From Vulcanimicrobiota bacterium (GTDB taxonomy: Bacteria > Vulcanimicrobiota > Vulcanimicrobiia > Vulcanimicrobiales > Vulcanimicrobiaceae): a stretch of DNA of 64,000 nucleotides. Both the position numbers and the translations under genes were made by a program. The stretch is from assembly GCA_963723515.1 (NCBI GenBank), contig CAVRQT010000002.1, positions 768,001 to 832,000 on the forward strand, written 5' to 3'. The notes beneath the pieces were generated by a model that saw nothing but the letters and a program-made list of their open reading frames with translations, did no database searches and had not been told where the DNA came from. This document shows, piece by piece, positions 52,848 through 64,000 of this stretch. The stretch's first letter is position 1; each line of letters opens with the position of its first letter.

Positions 52848-55286
52848 GTGATGCGCGCGGCGCTGCGGACCGCCGCTCAAGAAGACGGCATCGCCGTGTT
52901 GGCGACCGTTGTTGAAAGCCCAGGTCCGCAAACGATCTCTTACGCCACTCGGACCGGCGCGCTGCTTCGCATCAACGGCATCGCGGCCGGCGCATTGGAT
53001 CGCGAACATCCGGCGATGACCTGCGACGTACCGCCGCAAGCCGAGGTGCGGCTTGAGGTTGAGTTGCGATCGTTGCCGACAAACGGTCTGCCGTCCGGCC
53101 CTGGGCTGCGCTGGTGGCTGATGAACCTCTTTGCGGCGCAACGCCCGTCGCAGACGTTGACGATTGCGGACGCTGATGCGGCCTCGCAAACACGCGCCGG
53201 TTCCGCGACCTGGCCGCTCATCGGACATTCGCATCTCGATGTCGCGTGGCTGTGGACGTATGAAGAAACGCACCGCAAAGCGGCGCGCACGTTCGCGATT
53301 GCCGTGAACCTCTTAGAGAATAACCCTGAGTTTACATTTGCGCAGAGCCAGCCGCAGCTCTACGAATTCGTTCGCGTTAAGGATGCGCAGCTATTCGATC
53401 GGGTTCGCGCCCTCGCAGCCGAGAAGCGTTTCGATCCATCCGTTGCAGCTCTGTGGGTGGAAGCCGATTGCAATCTGCCGAGCGGCGAGTCGCTGTTGCG
53501 TCAGATGCTCTTCGCCCATCGATTTTGCAGCGACCATTTCGCCGAGGCGCCGAACGTTGCGTGGCTTCCCGATTCCTTCGGCTTCGCCAACACGCTACCG
53601 ACGCTACTCGCCCATGCCGGCATACCGTACTTCGTCACGACGAAGCTGCAGTGGAACGACACGACGCGCTTTCCGTACGCGCAGTTTCGCTGGCGTGGTC
53701 CCGACGGCAGCGAGGTCGTCGCCGCGCTGATCGATTCGTACGACGGCGGCTTTAATCCATGGCGCGTCGCGCCGCGCCCGCGCGCGGCATGAGCCGATCA
53801 TCGCCGGATATGGCGATGGCGGCGGCGGCGTTACTGCTGAGATGATTGCACAAGCGCGCGAACATCGGAAAGTGGACGCGCCCGGCCGACTGGCTGCAAA
53901 GTTTCGATGCCGGCGCTTTGCCGTTGCATCAAGACGAGCTGTACTTGGAGTATCATCGCGGCGTCTACACCACGCATCACGATGTCAAACGGCGCAATGC
54001 GCGCCTTGAACGGCTGCTGATGGAAGCCGAAGAGGCCGTTTCTGTTTGCATCGCGCGTCGGCATGACGCTATTGCGCTGGATCGCTGGCGCGGCCGCCTC
54101 GATGACGCCTGGAAGATTGTTCTGCGCAATCAATTCCACGACGTGCTGACAGGCACGTCGATCGCAGCGGTCTATGCGGACGTTCATCAGGAGTACGATT
54201 CCGCTGAAAAGCTGCTTGCGGACGTTCTTGACGACGCGCTACGCGCTGATCGAGCGACCTTGCGGACATGAATTGCGTACCAGCCCGCCGACACCATCCG
54301 ATGGGGCGTTTGCTTTTCAGCAACGGTTTGATCGAAGCGCGCGTCTTATCGGACGGTTCGATCGATTTGCTAAGAACCTCCACCGGTTCAAACGTCGCCG
54401 CACGCGCCAATGTCTTGACGCTGTATCGCGATCGGCCACGCCAGTGGGACGCGTGGAATATCGATGCGAACTACCGAATGCGCAGCTGGTTTCCGCGTGC
54501 CGGCGAGATGCGAATCGACAACGGCACGTTGATCGTGCCGCTCGCCTTTGGTCGCTCGCAATTGGACATGCGCGTGCAACTTTGCGAAGGCGAACCGTTT
54601 CTGCGAGTAACGTTGAGCGGTGCGTGGCGCGAGCGCCATACGTTGTTGCGCGTTGAAAACGACTTTGCCATCGATTGCGAGCGACGTTGTCTACGGCACG
54701 CCGCATGGAAGTATCGAACGTTCGCGCACTCGCTCGCACGCCGCAGGAGCGCGCGAAATTCGAGGTGCCGGGTCAGCGGTTTGCATTGGCCCGTTCGGGA
54801 GAAACCGCCGTTGCAATTCTGACGCTCGACACGTACGGCTGGAGCGGCCTCAGCGATCGAAAAGCGCTGCACCTGGGCCACTCGCTGCTTCGCTCGCCGA
54901 TGTGGCCGCATGCTGATGCAGATGCCGGCATTCAGCAGCTTTCATACGCGCTGGCACCGCTCTCCGGCGGCTCGATCGCTGAAGTCGAGCAGCTTTGGCG
55001 CCGCTTCGCAGGACAAGTTGAGCATCGACTTTTCACGACCGGTGACCTTGCCGTGGGGATCGTCGCTTGCAAACCGGCGCAGGATGGCGACGGCGTCGTC
55101 GTCCGATTGCGTGAATGCAATGGTGCAGCGCTAACGGCTCGGGTTGGATGCGCCCATCAGATGAGGGCAATCGAAAAAGTTGATGGGCTGGAGCGATCTC
55201 TCGGGGCGGTTGACACGAATGACGGGCTTTCATTCGAAACGGTGCTGAGGCCGTTCCAACTTCAGAGCTTTCGCGTTCGATTTTGA
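52848..55286 (+). CDS. alpha-mannosidase (GH38); several frameshifts
   Basis: GHSHLDVAWLW, WLPDSFG, ELYLEYHRGVYT, NQFHDVLTG, WDAWNI, SLLRSP, KPAQDG...VRLRE, spread across four ORFs. Confidence 0.9.
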
Positions 55287-56002
55287 TGGACCGAAAACTC
55301 GAGGCGGTCCTTTTCGACCTCGATGATACGCTCCACGACGATACGCTGGCCTATCAAAGCGCGGCTGAGGAAGTCGCGCGCCAGGTCGAAGCGGAGCACG
55401 GCATCGACGCTCTGGCGCTCAAGCAAGCCTATATCGCACAAGCGCAGGGTTTCTGGACGCGACTCTCGGCGACGACGCTTTCCGAAAAACTCGGTAACAT
55501 CCGCGCGAAACTGTGGGAGTCGGCGCTCGCCGAGGTCGGATTGCGCGATCGGGAACTCGCGAAGCGCTCGGCGACCGATTATCTCCGCTTCCGAAGCCGT
55601 TACTTCACCCCGTTCCCGGGCGTCGTTGACTTGCTCAAACATCTTCGTAAGCGCAATCTCAAACTCGGAATCGTGACCAACGGGTTTTCCGAAACGCACC
55701 GTGAGAAGATCGCGATTTTGCAGATCGGCGATTACTTCGATGCGATCTTCATCGCCGATGAAATCGGCATGGTCAAACCGGATCCGTTGCTCTTCGCGCA
55801 CGCGTGTACGCGGCTGGGCAGTCCACCGGCGGTCAGCGCAATGGTCGGCGACCGTTACGAACGTGACATCCGCGGAGCGCTGGAAGCGGGCCTCTTCACG
55901 GTGTGGATCAATCGCGAGGATGCGCCGCTTCCACGAGGAGCGCGCGCGCCGCACCAAACGGTTGCGTCGATCTCCGAAGTGCAAACGGCGCTACGGCTAT
56001 AA
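55283..56002 (+). CDS. HAD superfamily hydrolase
   Basis: FDLDDTL, VTNG, KPDP, MVGD...DI. Confidence 0.93.
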   Translation: MMDRKLEAVLFDLDDTLHDDTLAYQSAAEEVARQVEAEHGIDALALKQAYIAQAQGFWTRLSATTLSEKLGNIRAKLWESALAEVGLRDRELAKRSATDYLRFRSRYFTPFPGVVDLLKHLRKRNLKLGIVTNGFSETHREKIAILQIGDYFDAIFIADEIGMVKPDPLLFAHACTRLGSPPAVSAMVGDRYERDIRGALEAGLFTVWINREDAPLPRGARAPHQTVASISEVQTALRL

Positions 56003-56073
56003 GGCCAGGGGTCGCCCGCTCCCCGCCGAAAGGGTTTTTTCGGCGCTTGCTTTGCTATTGGAGTTGAACTTAT

Positions 56074-56899
56074 ATGCAGACTGATCCCGGCCGAGACATC
56101 GGTAATACCTTTAGCCGCGCATGGCAGCTCTTAACCTCAAATTGGATCATCATCGTTCCCGGCATCATCATCGGAATCGTTGCCGGGATCGTAACGGCTT
56201 TAGTCGTCGCGGCCGCAGTTCCGTCAAGTCGTCTATGACGTCAACGGCGAATGCCGACCGGCATGAGCCACGGCGGGGTCATGGTGGACGTTGCGGCTTC
56301 GCGCCACATCATCGCGATCATTGCGACGATCTTATCGATCACATATACGACTGGAATGGCCGGCGCGGCGTGGCAGCGCGGAACGACGACGCTTAGCTGA
56401 CGGTGCGGAATCGTTCCGCGAGGATGCCGGACATGTACTGATGGCGATGCTGATATTGATAGTCGCTCGGAATCATCGCCGCGATTTTGGCCCCGTTTAC
56501 GATCGGCTTGAGCTTCCTCGCGTTTTTGCTGTTCTTCATCTACACGATGCCGGCCGCTGTTGTTGGGAAATCGTCCCGGCATGCGAGGCGGTCTGCGGAG
56601 TCGGTTCAGATGGTGATGCGCGCTTTGGAACGACCGTCATTATCGTGCTCTTGATCTTCGTGATCAGCATCATCGCGGGAGTTATCGGGGCTGCACTGCA
56701 CGCGATTCCTTTCATCGGTCCGATCGTCGGTCAGGTGCTGCAGATGATCGTCGTGGCGTTTTCAACGCTGGTTATCGTCGGCGAATATCTGAAGTTGAAG
56801 GGACCTGCGACGACGCTTGCCGGAACGAGTGGCGGCTCGACGACCTACACGCCGCCGCCTCCTCCTCCGCCGCCGTCGGCTCCCGGTCCGACTGTGTAG
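56074..56899 (+). CDS. multi-pass membrane protein with Pro-rich tail; several frameshifts
   Basis: MQTDPGRDIGNTFSRAWQLL... hydrophobic segments spread over several frames; IPFIG motif; PPPPPPPP tail. Confidence 0.6.
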
Positions 56900-56938
56900 C
56901 CGCAACGCGGAGCTCGCCTTTTCGGTCATAATGTAGGC

Positions 56939-59900
56939 ATGAGCTCTGCGGTCCCCGGCGCTCTTTACAATGGAGCCAAGCCCAGCGGGCTTGACTCCAT
57001 TGTTATCAAAGGCGCTCGCGAACACAACCTCAAGAACATCGATCTCGCTCTGCCGCGAAATCGGCTGATTGTCGTTACGGGTTTGAGCGGTTCGGGCAAG
57101 TCGTCGCTTGCCTTCGACACGATCTATGCGGAAGGTCAGCGACGCTATGTCGAGTCGCTGTCATCGTACGCGCGTCAGTTCCTCGGTCAGATGGAAAAGC
57201 CGGACGTCGATTACATCGAGGGCCTCTCGCCGGCGATCTCGATCGACCAAAAATCAACCTCACGCAATCCGCGTTCGACGGTCGGCACCGTAACCGAGAT
57301 CTACGATTACCTGCGGCTGCTTTATGCGCGCATCGGCATTCCGCATTGCTATAATTGCGGCCGCGAGATCAGCTCGCAGACGAGCGAACAGATCGTCGAT
57401 TCGATCATGGACTTGCCGGAAGGTTCGCGCATTCAATTGCTGGCGCCGATCGTCCGTGGCCGCAAGGGCGAGTATACGAAGCTGCTCGAGGAGATCGCCA
57501 AAGAGGGGTTTTCGCGAGTGCGCATCGACGGCGAGCCCAAAGAACTCCGCGAGAAGATCACGCTCGATCGCAAACGCAAGCACACGGTCGAAGTGATCGT
57601 CGACCGGCTGATCATGAAGCCGGACATTCGCAAACGTTTGACGGACAGCGTTGAGACGACGCTGCGTCTCTCGACCGGAATCGTGACCGTTTTGCTGAGC
57701 GAGCCGGAAACAAAAAAGACGCGGGAACTGACGTTCAGCGAGGCATTTGCTTGCGTCTACTGCGGTCTTTCCTTTGAAGAGCTTGCGCCGCGGCTCTTTT
57801 CGTTCAACTCCCCGTATGGCGCATGTCCGACGTGCAGCGGGCTCGGCGAGCGCATCGAGATCGATCCGTGGAAAGTGATTCCGGACCGAACGAAGTCCAT
57901 CGCAGAAGGCGCGATCGTTCCGTGGAGCCGCTCGATCGGCTCGGGCCGCTTTCCGTCGATGAACCCGTACTATTTGCAGCAGCTCGAGCGCGTCTTGCGC
58001 GGGCGACGCATTCGCACGTCAACGCCGATCGAGAAGATGCCCAAAGACGTCGTTGACATGATCCTCCACGGCACCGATCAGGAGCAACGGTTTTCATATG
58101 AGACGCGCAGCGGTCACGTTTGGAATTATCGCGCGACGTTTGAAGGCGTCGTCAACAATCTGCAGCGCCGCTACAACGAGACGAGCAGCGATTACGTCAA
58201 GGAAGATATCGAGAAGTTCATGTCGGCGTCGAACTGCCCGCAATGCAAAGGCGCACGCCTGAAGCCGGAAGCGCTGGCGGTTACAGTCGGGGGCATGAAC
58301 ATCGACCAGCTGACGCGGCTTTCCGTCGAACACGCGGAAGATTTCTTCGAGCAGTTCAAGCCGACGCCGCGGCAAGAGCTGATCGCGCATCAGATTCTCA
58401 AAGAGATTCGTGCCCGGCTCGGATTTCTTGCCAACGTCGGATTGAATTACCTGACGCTTTCGCGGTCGGCGACAACGCTTTCAGGCGGCGAGTCGCAGCG
58501 CATCCGGCTTGCGACACAGATCGGCTCATCGCTGGTTGGAGTGCTATACATCTTGGATGAACCGTCGATCGGGCTGCATCAACGTGATAACAACCGGCTC
58601 TTGGCGACGCTGAAGACCCTGCGCGACCTCGGCAATACGCTGATCGTCATCGAGCACGACGAGGATACGATGCGCATGGCCGACGTGATCGTGGACATCG
58701 GGCCGGGCGCCGGTGCGCAAGGCGGCGAGATTTTGACGGTCGGTTCGCTTGAAGATGTGATGCGAAATCCGGAATCGATGACCGGCGCCTACCTCTCTGG
58801 GCGGCAATTCATTCCAATTCCACGCCATCGTCGCAAGCCGCGCGCATGGCTCTATTTGAAAAACGCGCGCGCCAACAATATTCAGGGCGTTGACATCGAT
58901 ATTCCACTCGGGGTCTTCGCCTGCATCACGGGCGTCAGCGGCAGCGGGAAATCAACGCTGATGAACGACATTTTGTGCAAGGCGCTCAATCAGCATCTGC
59001 ACCATCAGCCCGCGGGCGGAACCTACGGCAGCGTTCGCGGTGCGGATGCGCTCGACAAGCTCGTCGATCATCGATCAATCGCCGATCGGCCGCACGCCGC
59101 GTTCGAATCCGGCAACCTACACCGGGGTCTTCGATCATATCCGCGAGCTGTTTTCGATGGTGCCCGAAGCGAAGATGCGCGGCTACGCGCCGGGCCGCTT
59201 TTCTTTTAACGTGCGCGGCGGCCGTTGTGAAGCGTGTCAGGGTGACGGCATCATCAAGATCGAGATGCACTTCTTGCCCGACGTCTATGTGCCGTGCGAA
59301 GTTTGCAAAGGCAAGCGCTACAATGCGCAGACGTTGGAAGTCAAATACAAAGGGAAGACGATTGCCGATGTGCTTGAGATGCGCGTCGATGAAGCGAATG
59401 AGTTTTTCGGTTCGATTCCGCGCATTCACAACAAGTTAAACACGATCTGCGACGTCGGTCTCGGCTACATCAAGATGGGGCAGCCCGCGACGACGCTTTC
59501 GGGCGGCGAGGCGCAACGCGTGAAATTGGCGACCGAACTCTCACGCCGCTCGACCGGCCGCACATTCTACGTTCTTGACGAGCCGACGACCGGTTTGCAC
59601 TTTGCCGACATCCATAAGCTCCTGGAGGTCTTGCAGCGGCTAGTCAAGACCGGGAACACCGTGATTGTCATCGAGCACAATCTCGACGTGATCAAGACGG
59701 CAGATTATCTGATCGACCTCGGACCCGAAGGCGGCGATCGCGGCGGCAAGATCGTCGCGACGGGGACGCCGGAAGAAGTCGCGGCCAATTCGGGATCCTA
59801 CACCGGCCAATATCTCGTTGAGGTACTGCGCGATCAACGAGCGGTCGGGCATCATGCGCTGGATCGTGAGACACTCGATGCGCTCGCAAAGGAGAACATG

Positions 59901-59957
59901 GACGTGCTCGACGAGCTGGCCAAAGATAAACGCGTGATGGTGGAAACATCGACGTAA
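56939..59957 (+). CDS. uvrA: excinuclease ABC subunit A; frameshift near 59065
   Basis: [18 protein letters not shown], two LSGGE motifs, [14 protein letters not shown]. Confidence 0.97.
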
Positions 59958-59974
59958 GCAAGTTCACGACGGCG

Positions 59975-62321
<2,347 letters not shown>

Positions 62322-62348
62322 CTTTCACGTGTGACGCTGAGCAGTATC

Positions 62349-62671
62349 TGTCACGCTGAGCTTGTCGAAGCGCAATCGTTATCGCGACTCACGATGTGGT
62401 CCCAGTGTCATGCTGAGCTTGCCGAAGGGCAATCGTTCTCGCGACTCACGATGTGGTACCAGTGTCATGCTGAGCTTGTCGAAGGGCAATCGTTCTCGCG
62501 ACTCACGATGTGGTCCCAGTGTCATGCTGAGCTTGTCGAAGCATGGCAAGGAGAAAATCTTAGCCACACTTCGACAGGCTCAGTGTGACACTGGTACTCC
62601 TTCGCTAGTGGCGATGAGCGCGGCGCTTCGACCCTTCGACCTCGCTCAGGGCAGGCTGAGCTCGCGTGACA
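62349..62671. repeat. 57-bp tandem array (3 full units plus a partial) of the palindromic-element arm, closed by inverted arms
   Basis: units start at 62349, 62406, 62463 and 62520; inverted arm CTTCGACAGGCTCAGTGTGACA at 62569-62590; further variant arms to 62671. Confidence 0.92.
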
Positions 62672-62678
62672 GGAAAGC

Positions 62679-63062
62679 TTAGACTGTCGGCAGTTCCTCG
62701 GCGGACGACCACAATTCAATCGGACGGCCGTCGGGATCCTCAACGATCGCGCGTATTCCCCAGGCTCGTTCCTCCGGACCGGCCAGCACCTTAGTCCCTA
62801 GTTCGGTCAGGCTTTGAAGCGTCGCCGGAAGATCTTCAACGACAAACCCCGGCCACGTGCACCCTCCCTCGCGCCATCGTTGCGCGTCGCCATCGTCCGA
62901 TTGGTACAGCGCAACGTGCACGCCGTTCAAGTCCGCCGCGTAATGCGTCGGCCCGTCTTTCTCGTGCGATTCGGTTACCAGCGGAACGCCGAGCGCGCGG
63001 TAGAACCGCAATAGCGGCTCGACCTTCGACGAGAAGAAGATCAGCGATCCAAGCGTCGGCAT
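62679..63062 (-). CDS. VOC/glyoxalase family protein
   Basis: RFYRALG, GPTHYA, PEERAWG.RAIVEDPDGRPIEL. Confidence 0.85.
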   Translation of the reverse strand: MPTLGSLIFFSSKVEPLLRFYRALGVPLVTESHEKDGPTHYAADLNGVHVALYQSDDGDAQRWREGGCTWPGFVVEDLPATLQSLTELGTKVLAGPEERAWGIRAIVEDPDGRPIELWSSAEELPTV

Positions 63063-63739
63063 CACGTCTCGGGCCGGCGCTCGGCAAAGAGTGACATTTC
63101 CTTTGGTTCGTACGGCTCGATGCACTGCGGCTCATCGACATCCGGCGTATTGACGACCGGGTTGACGATGTAACTTTCCATCTCGGAGCTCGCAATCGGC
63201 CGCAGCATCGCCTGCAGTTCATCCGGGTCTTTTTCGGTCAGCCATTTTCGTGCGTCTTCGAGTATAACGGGCATGCGATTGTGAACCGGCGCAACGAGCG
63301 CATTTGAGTCGGTCGTGATGATGACGCAGTGGCGTTCGTCGCCTTCTTGATCGTAGACGCCCGCAAACGCGAACGGCTCTTGGTTGCGCAAACGATAGTA
63401 ATGCGGATAGCGCCGGCCGGCGCGGGATTCCCATTCAAAGAAACCGTCGGCCAGCACGAGACAACGCCGGTTCGAGAAGGCTTGTGAATACGCCGGGCGC
63501 GCTTGCAGCGTCTCGGCTTTAGCGTTTACGAGCGTGCGCGGCTGCTCGTCACTAGGGAAGATCGTGATGCCCCAGTCGAGCTGGACGATTGAAGCCGGAT
63601 CGTCTTGGCAAATCGCAAGCACCGGTTGCGTTGGAGCAATATTGTAACGGGCTTTCGGCCCGTCACGCGCACGCGCTTTGGCTTTGAATATTCGCTCGAG
63701 CACGTCGAGCCGCTGCGTCAGTGAAAATCGGCCACACAT
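63062..63739 (-). CDS. SOS response-associated peptidase (SRAP/YedK/HMCES family)
   Basis: [33 protein letters not shown]. Confidence 0.95.
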   Translation of the reverse strand: MCGRFSLTQRLDVLERIFKAKARARDGPKARYNIAPTQPVLAICQDDPASIVQLDWGITIFPSDEQPRTLVNAKAETLQARPAYSQAFSNRRCLVLADGFFEWESRAGRRYPHYYRLRNQEPFAFAGVYDQEGDERHCVIITTDSNALVAPVHNRMPVILEDARKWLTEKDPDELQAMLRPIASSEMESYIVNPVVNTPDVDEPQCIEPYEPKEMSLFAERRPET

Positions 63740-63778
63740 GAGAACTACGCTTTAAACACGAGCCGCAAGTCCGTGGAT

Positions 63779-64000
63779 TCACATCGCAGCCGGCAGAGCC
63801 GCTGCCAACGCGTCCGGCAAATCGCCGGCAACAACACCGCGCGGTCGCCTCTTTGCGCAATGCAAAGCGGCGAGCCCATGCCAGATAAGCGCCTGCGCGA
63901 GCGGCGTCGACGGGCGAAAGTCCTTGCGACAGCAGCGTGGCAATCATGCCGGTGAGGACATCGCCGGTTCCAGCGGTTGCAAGCGTCGAGGTTCCGGAGA
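63779..64000 (-). CDS. nnrD: NAD(P)H-hydrate dehydratase C-terminus (partial, frameshifted)
   Basis: [21 protein letters not shown]...AA..G, then HGLAA in another frame. Confidence 0.82.

Noticed and set aside
62349..62590. CRISPR array
   Set aside because: Spacers are near-identical, the repeat occurs dispersed as inverted pairs elsewhere, and there are no cas genes
62331..62682. ORFs with repeated CHAELVE / VMLSLSKG peptides as real genes
   Set aside because: They are translations of the DNA repeat, with no independent coding evidence

Overview
GC-rich bacterial chromosomal window, genetic code 11, made up mostly of housekeeping and metabolic genes: korAB-type oxidoreductase, amtB, hsp20-lon, selD, pheST, infC-rpmI-rplT, rocD, tricorn protease, three S9 peptidases, uppS, meaB with a split methylmalonyl-CoA mutase, gltX, glmU, thyX, prs-rplY-pth, uvrB, uvrA, ligA and SRAP. 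About 17 genes, including essential ones, are broken by small frameshifts, most likely uncorrected assembly indels. I found no tRNA, rRNA, CRISPR array or transposase. Signals the ORF track misses: (1) two in-frame TGA codons at redox-Cys positions, each followed by a SECIS-like hairpin, giving a selD(Sec)-AhpD/CMD(CPFU) selenoprotein pair; (2) a Phe-rich YqzL-like mini-ORF plus an intrinsic terminator directly before pheS, a candidate attenuator; (3) a dispersed TGTCAC...GTGACA palindromic repeat family that enters coding sequence and forms a 57-bp tandem array; (4) a 72-bp direct repeat around a 5'-truncated and an intact S9 peptidase; (5) a CIRCE-like operator on hsp20-lon; (6) an ArgB-like protein that lacks both catalytic Lys motifs. 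All family calls come from motif recognition by eye; no searches were run.
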